This document shows, piece by piece, positions 27,574-39,879 of a stretch of 64,000 bases of DNA (position 1 is the stretch's first letter; each line of letters opens with the position of its first letter). Below the pieces are notes generated by a model, which searched no databases, was not told the DNA's origin, and was given only the letters and a program-made list of their open reading frames with translations. Origin of the DNA: Elsinoe ampelina (taxonomy: Eukaryota); contig ML992525.1 of assembly GCA_010093995.1 (NCBI GenBank), positions 1-64,000 on the forward strand. The letters are read 5' to 3'. The position numbers and the translations under genes are program-made.

Positions 27574-28145
27574 GCCAGGATCACCCGAATCATGATAACA
27601 TATTGCAACCATCATTGCTACTGGAGGCAAATGTCAGGGTTCTGGTTGGAGTCTTCAAAGAAGTAGCCGCCATTCGTTCCGGGATCGAACAGTACAATGG
27701 TCTGGCGGACGGGCTCGGACATCTCGAAGACCAAAAGAGCCCATGTCGTCGAGATAGGTCCAAGGGGTTCTGGCACACAGATATCAGATCCCGGCCAAAG
27801 ATGATCCGAAAGCACCAAGCCTCGTGACCGCAATGTCCGAAGGAGTTTATAGCATGGCCGGCACGAGAGGCACTCGATTGAAATGAGATCCAGCGGAGCA
27901 TGATATGCAGCCTTAAATAGCCAAGTGGAATATTCCAGTTGTCAAGAGGAATAGAAAGTATTTAAGGATGTGGTGAAGCAGTATTGCAGCACAAATGAGC
28001 TGATCTGGTGAACCCCATCGGACGGAGAAAGCTTGGGCTCTCAAAACTTCCCAACATCTTCCGCGAGGTCAGAAGGCGAGCTACCAAATTTCGCAAAGTC
28101 CCGGACGACGACCTCTCTTCACTCACCACTCTACACAACGGAGAG

Positions 28146-29647
28146 ATGCTGTCGAGATTTGCTCCACGAGCGGCGTCATCGCCATTGAGGCGGTCGGCCT
28201 TTCAACCTCTGCGATGCAGCGTCCAATCGCCAGTTGTTCGCCGGAGCGTCACCACAGATGCGGCTGCTTCACACGCCGACAAGGACGCGATCCCTTCAGT
28301 ATGATCATTTGCAAGGAGCTGGTGACTATCATTAATAATATCCGCAGGAGGATGACAAGCCTTTCGAGGTCAAGCTCTCCGATGAGAGCTTCGAAACATA
28401 CGAACTCGACCCTCCCCCATACACCCTTCAAACCACAAAGGCAGAACTTAAGCAGATGTATTACGACATGGTCGCCGTAAGGTAGGAAGCGAACCTCTGG
28501 ATTTTCCGGCCCGCATCTAATCACAAGTATAGACGAATGGAAATGGCCGCCGACAGACTCTACAAGGAGAAGAAGATTCGAGGTTTCTGCCATCTCTCAA
28601 CAGGACAAGAAGCTGTAGCCGTCGGAATCGAGCACGCTATCACAAAGAAGGACCACGTCATTACCGCCTACCGCTGCCACGGTTTCGCCATGATGCGCGG
28701 AGGAACAGTCAGGTCAATCATCGGTGAATTGCTCGGAAGAAGAGACGGTATCGCATACGGCAAGGGTGGATCTATGCACATGTTCTCAACCGGCTTCTAC
28801 GGAGGAAACGGTATCGTCGGTGCTCAAGTACCTGTTGGCGCTGGCATTGCTTTCGCCAATCAGTACATGGGCCAGGACAATGTGACACTTTCACTGTATG
28901 GTGACGGTGCTAGCAACCAGGGTCAGGTCTCTGAGGCATTCAACATGGCTAAGCTCTGGAACATTCCCGTCATTTTCGGCTGCGAGAGTGCGTATCGTCG
29001 GAGCTAATACCAGGGAGCAAGTGCTGATATGGGACAGACAACAAATATGGTATGGGTACAGCTGCCAACCGTGCTGCGGCACTCACGGAGTACTACAAGC
29101 GTGGACAGTACATTCCCGGTCTCAAGATCAATGGTATGGATGTCTTGGCTGTCAAGGCTGCTGTACAATACGGCAAGCAGTGGTGCAGTGCTGGCAAGGG
29201 TCCTCTCGTCTACGAATACGTGACATACAGATACGGTGGTCACTCCATGTCCGATCCCGGTACCACTTACCGAGTGAGTATAGGTTGATGTGATTACCGT
29301 CGCAGGATGCTGACCTAGAACAGACTCGTGAGGAGATTCAGCGCATGCGATCGACCAATGACCCGATTGCCGGCCTCAAGCAAAAGCTCATCGACTGGGA
29401 GGTCACCACCGAGGAGGAGCTCAAGGGTATCGACAAGAAGGCACGTGAGCACGTCGATGAGGAGGTTGCCGCCGCCGAGAAGATGCCAGTTCCTGACGCC
29501 ACACCGGAAGTCCTTTTCGAGGACATCTACGTCCGTGGAAGCGAGCCACAATTCCTCAGAGGCCGGACACCGGATGAGAACTTCTACTACCCAAAGAGGG
29601 ATCTTCAGGTACCCAAGAGCCCTGCGCAGACCACACTTGACTCGTAA
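28146..29647 (+). CDS. pda1: Pyruvate dehydrogenase E1 alpha subunit, 5 exons
   Basis: Motifs [24 protein letters not shown] (TPP binding) and [12 protein letters not shown]. Four GT-AG introns. Confidence 0.98.
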
Positions 29648-29978
29648 AGGGACGGGGACGAATGAAGTGTGTGCTTTGAGCGTTTATTGGCTTTGCTACT
29701 CACGGCATAGCATTCTGTAGAATCATATCCAATTTTCGAACCATCTCATGCCCCTCTGCAATAGTTGATAATGAAGATAATTCTTGGCAAACCCGCGCTT
29801 CGGACTTCAGTCGGTGTAGACAGCGGAGTGGATCCAGAACTTGGACCAAGTGTTCTTCACCGAAAGGGCCAGACAATGACAAAACAACCATATTGCTCCT
29901 TGACAATCCTGACAGCCGTCGAGCTTGGGCAATGACAGCGTCTTTGCCGAGCGACCCGATCCCAATGCTGCCTTCTCC

Positions 29979-32900
29979 ATGAGCTGGAATCTGCTCGAAC
30001 GCTTCCTCGAGTCGGAACATTTCAACAAGGACCCGTCTCTGACCGTCGCATACCTAGCGTGAGGGCAATCTCCAAGACAGATAGATAAGAGCTTGACTGA
30101 CCTTGGCTCTATACAGACGGTATGCGGACCATGTGGGCATCCAGTATGTCCTGTGCAGCAAGTTGCGCAAGTTCCCCCACGAGGAGATCGAGTTCTTCTT
30201 GCCGCAACTGTGTCATTTGCTCATCTCGATCGACAATGAGTCCATGGCACTCGAGGAGTTCATTATAGACTTGTGCGAAGATTCTGTGAATGCTGCACTA
30301 CTGGTCAGATATGTGTCGAGATGGTGCAGACACTCTACTGATTTGTATAGACCTTCTGGCTGTTTCAAACATATCTCCGCGACCTTTCTACCAATCCCAA
30401 CTCGTCTGGCTTCAAAAAGTGTCGGAGAATCTACAATCGTGTGCAGAGGATCGTGTTTGGTGCTTCCGAGCCGGTAGTAAGAGGCCGGATCAAGGACAAT
30501 ATTCTCCCGACTACGGTCCTGGCGAGTTTGGTATTGACAAGTGTCGCGGCTCCTTTTTTCCCGGCTCATGGCGGACCGCTCGCGATTGCTCAGGCGAGGA
30601 AGCCTAGACAGCTGGAGCAGATGGTGTCCGAGCCGGTGCAGATCAAGAGACCAGCAAGGAGTCATACAGTGTCTGGAGATCCTGCAAGACCGAGACGACC
30701 AAGGGCAGTGCCACGAGATGGAGAGGGTGCTCCGAGACCGAGGAGACCGGCTCACAAACCAAATCTGTCAGTAGATGTGGCAAGCTCACAAGGGAGCCCT
30801 TCTGCTGCGGATGGGCCAGCTCCGAAGAGGCATGCTTTGCTGGACACGAAGAATCACCAAGGCTATATAAGCTCTTCATCTTTGCCTGATCCCAAACTGC
30901 CTCAATCTTCGCCGATGCAGTCGCCCGACCCGAACAAGACGACACGCGAGACGAGAAGACCGGTTGATATGCAGCGACGACATTCCCATGCTGCAAAAGC
31001 ACTCACGCCTACTTCGTTGTCTCCGAGGCAGAAGACGAGAATACTCAGATCGAATTACTTCAAGCTCGAGACACAGTTTTTGACAGCTCTGGAGGATATC
31101 TCGAACAGGCTTGTGGTTGTACCAAAACCAGCTCGCCTCAGTGCTTTGAGAGCCGAGCTTGCACTTATCGCACAGGACCTACCCGCTGAAGTCGACATTC
31201 CGATACTGTGCCCAGCTACTCTAGAAGACGGGAAGCCTGGCCGAAGCAAACACCATCGGATCGTGCGTCTGAACCCAGCCGAGGCGACCAGCTTGAATAG
31301 TGCAGAGCGTGTGCCGTACTTGCTCATGGTGGAAGTCCTGCGGGAAGACTTTGACTTCGATCCTGACAGCCACCAGAATAGTGAGCTGATTGCGAGACTT
31401 CTGGCGGACAAGAATAAGAGTAAGCGCCGACTGTTTGACATCACAGACGGCAACCGTGCAACGATCAAATCGCCTGAAGAGGATGGTCAGCATGACAGTG
31501 TGTTTGAGCCGGCAATGGGCGATCTAGCCAGCCCGGCACTTCTACAAGATCCAGATGGTGATGAGAAGCAGCTCGGTCAATCGACAAGGACGCCTCCACC
31601 AGGCGCTGGACAGCCTCTGAAAGAGCCACCTCGATTATCGTCTGGTGTATCGACAGTCTCGACCTCGTCCCTCATCACACCTAGAAATTCTGAACAACCA
31701 ATCTCTCGATCCTCTTCACCAGGTGCCCGCCTCTCCAACTCTAACATCTCACGCACAGGAGGAAGTGATCAGACCGACTTTAATGCTCTTGCAACCCACA
31801 TGAGAACAGCGAGCCAAATGCTTGCCCAACTCGAGCTCTCCTCCTCCAAGCGACCAAAAGCTGAAGTCGCCGCCATCAAAGCCAAAATCATCGCCTCGAT
31901 GCAAACCCTCGAAGAACAATCCTTCTACACGGACGAAGTCATCACCGCCACCCCCGCCAGCCTCGCCGCCATGATCGACTCGGCCAACGCAGCCGGAGCC
32001 ACCGCCTCCCCCGACGACATCTCCGACGACGCCTCCACCACCTCGGTCGACCCCAACCTCTCCACCAACGCCGGCGCCGCCCGCATGGAAAACGACATCA
32101 AAACCGGCGGCGTCTCCCGCCCCGGCGACCGCGACGACCCCTCGGCCGCCACCTTCGGCGAAGCCTGGAGCGCCAAACGGGAACGCATCCGGCGCTCCTC
32201 CCCCTACGGCTGGATGAAAAACTGGGACCTCGTCTCCGTGATCGTCAAAACCGGCGCGGACCTCCGGCAAGAAGCCTTCGCGTGCCAACTGATCGACATC
32301 TGCGGCAAAATCTGGCACGAAGCCTCGGTCGACGTGTGGGTGAAACCCCTCCGCATCCTGGTGACGGGGGAATCGTCCGGGCTCATCGAAACCATCACCA
32401 ACGGCGTCTCCCTGCACTCTCTCAAACGGTCCCTCACCCTCTCGTCCATCGCCTCGGGGAAAAACCCACGCAAACGCATCGCCACGCTCAAGGACCACTT
32501 CCTGCAAGCGTTCGGCCCGGAGTCCTCCCCCGCCCACTCCTCGGCCGTGACCAACTTCGCCCTCTCCCTCGCGGGCTACAGCGTCATCTCGTACGTCCTC
32601 CAGCTCAAGGACAGGCACAACGGCAACATCCTCCTCTCCGACCGCGGCCACATCATCCACATTGACTTTGGCTTCATGCTGTCCAATTCCCCGGGGAGCA
32701 TGGGCTTCGAGGCCGCCCCCTTTAAACTCACGGCCGAGTACGTCGATGTCCTCGGCGGGTTGGAGGGGGAGGCCTACGCTTTGTTCGTCCGCAAGATGAA
32801 GGATGCGTTCCAGGCTTTGCGCAGGGAGGCCGAGAGGGTGGTCATGTTGGTCGAGTTGATGGGGAGGGAGAGTAGGATGCCGTGTTATGCTGGGGGTGTC

Positions 32901-33112
32901 GGGGCTGTGGTGGCGGCGTTGAGGGGTAGGTTTGTGCTGGAGAAGAGTGAGAGGGAGGCCGAGGCTTGGGTGGAGGAGTTGGTGGGGAAGAGCGCGGGGA
33001 GTTATTATACGAGGTTGTGAGTGTTTCCCCACTGGTGGTGGTGAGAGGGGACGGAGGCTAATGATGTCGCAGGTATGATACGTTTCAGTATAGGACGCAG
33101 GGCATATACTAG
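29979..33112 (+). CDS. pik1: Phosphatidylinositol 4-kinase III beta (Pik1), 4 exons
   Basis: Motifs EFFLPQL, IVKTGADLRQE, KDRHNGNIL, HIDFGF and FEAAPFKLT. Final exon reads YDTFQYRTQGIY*. Confidence 0.96.
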
Positions 33113-33502
33113 GTTTGGACTGAGAAGAGGATCAGAGGAAAAGGAGGCTGAAAGGAGAGAGATGGTCGACCAATATGATGAGACAGCATTGCACACATAG
33201 ACTTGATGACATGATTGGAGATGCTTCAGCTTCCGACGCAGTTGTCAGGCAGCACAGTGATCATGTCAAAAGCATTCAAAAATCAATACGTCAGCTGGTA
33301 TATAGTACACTGATACATCATGGCTAAAGCAACCATACAATCGCAATCGTCGACGCCGCCCCCTCGAGGATGGTAGGTAAAATGTAAGAGACAGAGAATT
33401 GTTGTGACCAAGCGCCGGCGTCAGGATACGTTAGCTGTCGTCGGATCGTCAAGGCATACTCGGAACCGTGTCGTTGTGTTGAACAGTAGGGCCGCGGTCT
33501 GA

Positions 33503-34775
33503 TCACACCATACTAGTGTCGTCTGTATCATTTCTTCTCTGGCCGTAGGTGGACGGGTAGAAGAAGGAGAGAATCGCGGGGCTAGTATCGGTCAGCTCAG
33601 ACCAAAGAGAATGGCGATGGCAGATGCTTACATGATAGAGTCGCGGAGGTCACGAATCTTGTAGACGATGGCAGCAATGCCAACAGCAATGGCAAGAAGC
33701 CCACTAAAACATGTCAGCATGGCTTCGTGTAATTGTACGCAGAAGGGACTCACGTCATGCGGAGACCACCGCCAGCAATCGTCAACATCCACGTGCCGAG
33801 TGTGATGAGGAACATCTTCATCTGGGCGATGAGACCGGTGGACTGCTTTGGCTCATCTTGAATCACGGTGACCTTGTCTTCTTTCTTCTCTTCCTCAGTG
33901 GGAATGGCCTCTTCTATCGACTTGTCGCTATAATGCGATGCTACAGAGGCAGGGCGCTTGATTTCTGTGGCGGCAGGGAAAGGTTGGAACTTGCTTGTGT
34001 CGACGGCGACCTTGTCCCACATATCAGGAGTGAGAGGAGGCGTCAAGGGCTCTGCAGGACCGAGACGAGTCTGCTGCTGCAGCTTTTGCTTGTCCTCGAT
34101 ACGTGCCTCTTCCGGTCGACGTGGTTCCGCGTTGGAGATCTTGAGGCCGGTAGCTGAGATGGTAGAGCGGACAGATTCGGTAGATGGGCGACGTGCTTCG
34201 AGCGAAGGACGCGGGCTGGCTTCAGCGGTAGGCTTGCTCTGGGGTTGGTCGATACTCTGTCGTGAATCTGACCTGGGAAGGACATTTGGCTTCGGTGCCC
34301 CAACGATGAGAGTATTGTTCCTGTTTCCGTGTTCGTCTTCGACTTGAATGTGTTAGCTACCGTGTACTGTATATGTGTGGTTTGACTGACCGATAGGCTT
34401 GCTCTCGTCAAGCGCCCACCAGTCACCAGGACCAAGTCTGAACTTGTACTGGTACTCTCCCTCTTCGGCCTCGAACTGTCTCCAAAACTCAAGCTCGCCA
34501 TCTTCTTGGACCTCGGAATGCAGCTCCTTAGGCGTCCATTGAGGGTCGGTGAGAGAGGTGGCGATGAAGACAGGAGGGCGGAGACCCTTTGAATGGTACG
34601 ATATCCGGACGTTTCGTTTCATGACTGGCAGTCCAGGAGTTGGTGCACGTGAGACAGGCGGCTTGCCAATCCAAGATGGTTTAGAAGATAGAGTCTTGAC
34701 GACGGCCTTTGCTGGTGCTGCAACGAGCGGGAGGAAGTTGTCGACTGCTGGTGTGGCAGCGGTGTCTGTAGACAT
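33503..34775 (-). CDS. AMPK-beta/CBM48-like glycogen-binding-domain protein with C-terminal membrane segment, 4 exons
   Basis: YQYKFRLGPGDWW and spliced VEDEHGNRNNTL. A disordered middle precedes a hydrophobic tail (GLLAIAVGIAAIVY). Introns at 34390-34343, ~33753-33704 and ~33631-33583. Confidence 0.7.
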
Positions 34776-35751
34776 GGCGCGTTAGCTAGGTGCAAAGGAA
34801 TAGCGTAGGATGCTGGGTGAGCTCCAGCCATGGAAGTGGAGCTTGTCATGATAGCAAGCTGTGTTGCACTTGATGAGGAAGGTGCGATGTGGTAGAGTGT
34901 CTGCAGGAGGTACGAAAAAACATGTGAATGGACGTACCTTTAAATTCTGGGGAAGCTTGGAGCTTGAGCTATGAGGTATGAGGTGAACAATTCTCGAATC
35001 TGGTGTCTTTTGCAATTGGCAATTGTGTCGTCAATGGGCAATTTAGTAGCTGTGGGTACTAAGGAATGTAAAGCTGTATCTCTCGTGACTGAAATTCTGC
35101 GTGTACCACGATAATGGCGGGACTGTTCGTCTTTCTGGTGGGAAGCAATTGCGTCAAATGCGGGAAGCACGCGCGTGGTTGGGGAGCTCCTCCCAGTTAT
35201 ACCACAAAGCACCTACCTGGTCGCCCGCGGACCGTTCGTTGTCGTCGTCCATGGAAGCACTGGTCTGGAGTGGTACGCATACGATACAGCGCTATCTCCG
35301 CAATTTCAGAATATCCTAGACGGGATGTGCCAATTGCAATGCGTGGAGGTTGAGGAATTGGAAAAAAAGAGCTGTCGCAGACGTTGAAACAAACGAGTTT
35401 CGGTCGAGTTTAGCCGGCGACAAGCGACTCGGGGCCCTTTTTCCACCCACTAGGAATGTCTTCCGCCGCGGGCCGCCAACGGGAGAGCCTTCAGTTTCCC
35501 CATCTGCACATCAGTCGGGTTGAAGAGTTCTGGCCTTGGAGTTTGGTACAACGGTCTGTCCGTCGACATGGAGATGACCGTTGCTGAATATCCGACTTCA
35601 AATTTCCCAGCTCCCAATTACGATCTATACGAAGATGAAATCGCTTCAACACAAAAGTGACGATCATTTGACTCTCTATAGATCCATCGGCGAGCGGGCC
35701 AGATTGAGAAGGAGACTGGATGAATGACACGACTATTTGTCTTGACTTCCG

Positions 35752-38700
35752 CTAGATCTGTTCTATACCATACTTCCCACCACGTGAAGAATGCTTGTTC
35801 GACTTTGAACGTTTCTTGTGGTTCGTGTGTTGCTCCAGGCAGTCGTCCCAGTTTCCTGAAGCCACAACTGACACAGCACAGTCCCATCCGAAACTCGGAT
35901 GCTCCTCCTTCGCTTTTGACTTCTTCTTCAGTCCTGAACCAATCTCCTCAACCTCAACGTCCTTCACACCATCTCGGCGGCTTCGGCCTTTCTGCCTTTT
36001 CTTGTGCTTGTTGGCGTCGTGATTTTGGACATTTGAGGCGAACAGGAACCTTGGATCAATCGGCGCCTCGTCAGCCTCTTCTGCACACTTTCGCTTTCGA
36101 CTCGCAGACAGCTCGTCTGCTTTGAAGTGAGCGGAGTGGGGAACTTCAGTAACCTCTCCAGCCGTCATGTGCATGTCTTGCTTCTCAAGCTCCTCTAGGC
36201 GTTTCATCTTTCGCTGCCTCTTCAGATGCCTCTTACGGATTCTGTGTCGCTTTTCGGCACGTTGATTGTCTTTGCAAGCGAGACTTCCTGTGCTTTCCGT
36301 GACGGGCTCCTCGATGGTAGAATCTACCTGAAGGTCAAGCAACCCATCTGCTGTATATATTTGGGTTGACGTGTCCGCCGGCGGCAAGGATGGAGACCCC
36401 TCTGCCACCTTTTCAGACGTGGTTGTCAGCGCAGTGAGCTTTCTGTCCTCTTGAAGCTCTTCCATTACCACCTCGTGGCTAGGTAGCTCTCCCGCTACAC
36501 TAGTTGGAGTTTCGTCAAAGCTCTTCCTCACGACGGAGACAACCCTCTCCGTCTGCAAATTTCGATCAAAGGTCTCATGCTCATTGGGGAGGCAGCGTGG
36601 CATTTCGTCGAAGATCTTGCTCACAGCGGACAACCGGTTCACAGTGTGCGGATCCTCCATGACTGTCTTATGCTTGCAGACTCGTTCGTCCAGTTCTTTC
36701 CGAATCTCGTTGAGTGTCGGGTAGGTAGCTGACTGCTTCGAAAGGCTCAAAAGCTGACACAACGCCTGCAAGACCTTCGCACTCGTACCGTGTTCCTCCT
36801 CGATCCCCTCCACCACAGCGTCGAAGCGCTTAAGAAGCTCTGCGCTGGAGACTTGTCCTCGTAGAGCATCAGCAATCTGCTTCGAGAGCTTGTCAAGCTT
36901 GAGCACGGCCAGCTCGCTAGGTGCTTGTGACTCTTCGATGCTCTTGCACTGCTTGGAGACATCTTGCAAAGAGCTCAAGATCTTTGATGTCTTGATACCA
37001 AAATCGTCCTTGAGGGTGGTAGTAGCTCGATCCATGGCGTCACTCGGTTGGCAGATTCCTTCGAGCTTGGTCGAGACATTCGACAACGATGCCAATACCT
37101 TGTCAGCAAGCTTTTCGGAATCCAGCTTGTTGTCCTTCGCGATTTGGGCAGTGACGTCTTCGAGTTTGATCAAGATCTTGTCTTCTGCCAGCGCGACAGG
37201 CTCAAGGATACTTAATCGATCGTTGATAGCGTCAAGAGCGTATTGCTGTTGGTCGTGGCTCGCCTGTATGTGGGCAACTTGCTCCGATACTGCCGAGATG
37301 GAAGCCGCCTGATCTGCCATGCTTTGCTCGCTGCTGACCATGCGCTTTGACAGGCTATCCAAGTTGCCCGCCATGGTTTGCAATGAGTCGTCCAATTGTG
37401 GCACGCACGCCAATCGATCATCAATGTCTTCGACCTTGATCTGGGACTCCTCAATCTTGACCAGATGCCGTGACACATCATCGAAACGATCTCTTTGTTC
37501 GTCTCTGCTGCCTTCGATCTTGACGACAGCGTCTTGTAGCAGACCGTGGTTGGCGTTAGAATCAGTCTGCAAATAGCTGACATTTACCGCAACGTCGGTC
37601 ATCAGATTCCTCAGATCGGTTTCGGTGGCTTCAATGCTGGCGAGCTTCTCCAATACCGCGACATTGTGCCCATTGTTGCCGTTGAGTACTCGGTATGTGG
37701 TAGTCCTAGCTTCTTCACTACATCGGGAGAGAGCAGACAGTTGGCTGGCAGTATTGTTGAAGGAGGTCCGGGTGTCATCGAAAGATTTCATCGCCCTCTC
37801 ATCAGAAGCGTGGAGAGCGGTCATTATCAAACGGATTTGCTGCTCTTGTTGCTGTAAGAGATGTTCAACCGATTCTTTATGACAGCGCATGGATCCTACT
37901 TGAACCGACCTCAACTCCCTGAGGTCTGTCCCTATCTTCTCGAATGCCGCTTCGTGAGTCTCCCAGGGGATCAGCGGGATTTGTTTGGACTCAGTCATCT
38001 GCTGGTTCTGATCTTGGAGCAAGCGCTGCACGTTATCCAGTATGATCGATTGTTGTGATGCCTGCTGTGCGGATTCTGCTCGTTCTTTGGACGAGTCCGA
38101 GTGCCACTCCCTCAAGTAACTTTCAAGTTGCTCTTGTCTTGCTTTGGAATCGGAAGAATCTAGTCGCAGGAGATCCATAATCTGCGCCTCCCGATGGCTG
38201 CGTTGAGCATGATAGTTGGCAGATTGTACTCTTAGACCTTTGATGCTCACTTCCAAGTCGTCCTGTTTCTTGAGCAGGCTGGTCATGGACAAGTGGCATT
38301 GCGTATTCTCTAGTATTGTCTTCTCCTGTTGCTTCCGTATCGAATCAATAGCAGATGGAATTGCTGCGGCCAGTTTTGTCTGTTGTTGCAAGCCATTCAG
38401 TGTTTGCTGGACATGCTGTCTCTCGCTGTCACGACTTGCCTCCGATCTGATCTGCGACGCTTCGAGGTTAGCCAATGAAGCAGCTATCCCATTGAGTCGG
38501 CCATCCAGCAAGAGGTGTACACTGTTCATGTCGGCGAGTTGGGACAACAGCTGTGCGTGCTGTTCTGGTTGTCCCCGTGCGGAATTTTCGGAAGGCCTTG
38601 ATCTGACAGATTTTGATGAGAAAGCCTCCTTTAGCTGACTTGACATCCTGTCCCACTTTGCGTTGAGCGGATTCACATAGCGCTCGAACAGCATGTCCGC

Positions 38701-39879
38701 TTGTTCGACGCTGAGTGGCACCCGGGCATGTGGTGCGGAACGCAGTCTTTCCTGTAGATCGTGCTCGCGGCGGCAGGCTGCTTCCAAACCTTCGAATCGA
38801 TGTGTCAGATCTTGCAACATCGATGTGACTGTGGCGAGGCTCTGTGGACTTGATGTCGCCTCCGTGTACAGTGTGCTGATGGGCGGAAGCATTCTCGTCG
38901 GGTCTGTTCCCGCAATTGGCCCAATACGAGCACCTTGGAGCGACCTGAATCTTGGGAATGAGCTTGTGATGTCGGCTGGCTCGGGGCATGATCGATGGGA
39001 TGGCGGATGCATCCCCTCATTGCCTGTCGTTGTTGAAACTCCAACATGTAGTATGTCATTAGTCTTGCCGGCTCGATCTTCAATGCTTTGTAACATTTTC
39101 TGACCAAGCTCCTGCAGCTGTGTAATGTAAGAGCCAAGAGACTGTTCAATCTTGCTGACCGTAGTCTTGACAGCTTGCACATCGCGCTCCAAATTTTGAA
39201 GGCGACCGTCCTCACCGTCCGTGCCAGGCGCCAAAGTGATGGCGACATTTGGTAACATCTCAGGAGTTACCGGATCATCTGGATGGCGGGCGTGCGACTC
39301 GTTGTTGAGAGAGCTTGTCCGCGATCTGTGACTAGCAATTGTGGTGTCAAGCCGCAATCGTCGTTGTTCTGGATGAGAGGGAGAGCCATAGCCAGAATCG
39401 CTCCTCAATGCTTGTGGCCGGTATGACAAGCGAAGTATCTTGGACAGGGTGGGCGGTCCCGCGACCTCATTATCGACCGTTCCATCGTCATCACTATCGT
39501 GATTGGTTGACGGGGCATAGATGCTGTCGCTCAGTTGGCGATTCCTCCTCAATCGATTGCGGCTAGCAGAGAAAGTGGAAAGTGCTGACGATGCTGACCT
39601 TTGACGCTTGTGTCTTTGGCAAAGAGGTTGTTCTGGAGAAGAATCTCTGCTAGTGGTCCTCAGGTGGTCGGCCTCTGCGACCACGTCCTTTGCTGGAATC
39701 GACATTGGTGCAAAGAGGTTGACAGCATCGTGTCGTAGGGGAGTAGGCGGTAGGATATTCATTGCTGTATGCCCTGGATTTGGAGATGACGGGGTCGGTA
39801 GCTGAGTTGCTGATTTCGAGCCACTTCCAAAGACACCACTGCGTCGTTTCCTGGGCTCGGTGTACTTGACTCGCGCCAT
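35752..39879 (-). CDS. 1375-aa intronless coiled-coil protein of unknown function
   Basis: Uninterrupted 4.1-kb ORF with a heptad-like Q/L/E/S-rich core and basic NLS-like clusters near the C-terminus. Confidence 0.8.
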   Translation of the reverse strand: MARVKYTEPRKRRSGVFGSGSKSATQLPTPSSPNPGHTAMNILPPTPLRHDAVNLFAPMSIPAKDVVAEADHLRTTSRDSSPEQPLCQRHKRQRSASSALSTFSASRNRLRRNRQLSDSIYAPSTNHDSDDDGTVDNEVAGPPTLSKILRLSYRPQALRSDSGYGSPSHPEQRRLRLDTTIASHRSRTSSLNNESHARHPDDPVTPEMLPNVAITLAPGTDGEDGRLQNLERDVQAVKTTVSKIEQSLGSYITQLQELGQKMLQSIEDRAGKTNDILHVGVSTTTGNEGMHPPSHRSCPEPADITSSFPRFRSLQGARIGPIAGTDPTRMLPPISTLYTEATSSPQSLATVTSMLQDLTHRFEGLEAACRREHDLQERLRSAPHARVPLSVEQADMLFERYVNPLNAKWDRMSSQLKEAFSSKSVRSRPSENSARGQPEQHAQLLSQLADMNSVHLLLDGRLNGIAASLANLEASQIRSEASRDSERQHVQQTLNGLQQQTKLAAAIPSAIDSIRKQQEKTILENTQCHLSMTSLLKKQDDLEVSIKGLRVQSANYHAQRSHREAQIMDLLRLDSSDSKARQEQLESYLREWHSDSSKERAESAQQASQQSIILDNVQRLLQDQNQQMTESKQIPLIPWETHEAAFEKIGTDLRELRSVQVGSMRCHKESVEHLLQQQEQQIRLIMTALHASDERAMKSFDDTRTSFNNTASQLSALSRCSEEARTTTYRVLNGNNGHNVAVLEKLASIEATETDLRNLMTDVAVNVSYLQTDSNANHGLLQDAVVKIEGSRDEQRDRFDDVSRHLVKIEESQIKVEDIDDRLACVPQLDDSLQTMAGNLDSLSKRMVSSEQSMADQAASISAVSEQVAHIQASHDQQQYALDAINDRLSILEPVALAEDKILIKLEDVTAQIAKDNKLDSEKLADKVLASLSNVSTKLEGICQPSDAMDRATTTLKDDFGIKTSKILSSLQDVSKQCKSIEESQAPSELAVLKLDKLSKQIADALRGQVSSAELLKRFDAVVEGIEEEHGTSAKVLQALCQLLSLSKQSATYPTLNEIRKELDERVCKHKTVMEDPHTVNRLSAVSKIFDEMPRCLPNEHETFDRNLQTERVVSVVRKSFDETPTSVAGELPSHEVVMEELQEDRKLTALTTTSEKVAEGSPSLPPADTSTQIYTADGLLDLQVDSTIEEPVTESTGSLACKDNQRAEKRHRIRKRHLKRQRKMKRLEELEKQDMHMTAGEVTEVPHSAHFKADELSASRKRKCAEEADEAPIDPRFLFASNVQNHDANKHKKRQKGRSRRDGVKDVEVEEIGSGLKKKSKAKEEHPSFGWDCAVSVVASGNWDDCLEQHTNHKKRSKSNKHSSRGGKYGIEQI

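Noticed and set aside
31749..33032. 427-aa antisense ORF opposite PIK1 (likewise 3602-4261, 17525-18424, 26449-27630 and 52046-52948)
   Set aside because: These are shadow ORFs caused by extreme third-position C/G bias removing stops. The translations are low-complexity and have no recognisable motifs.
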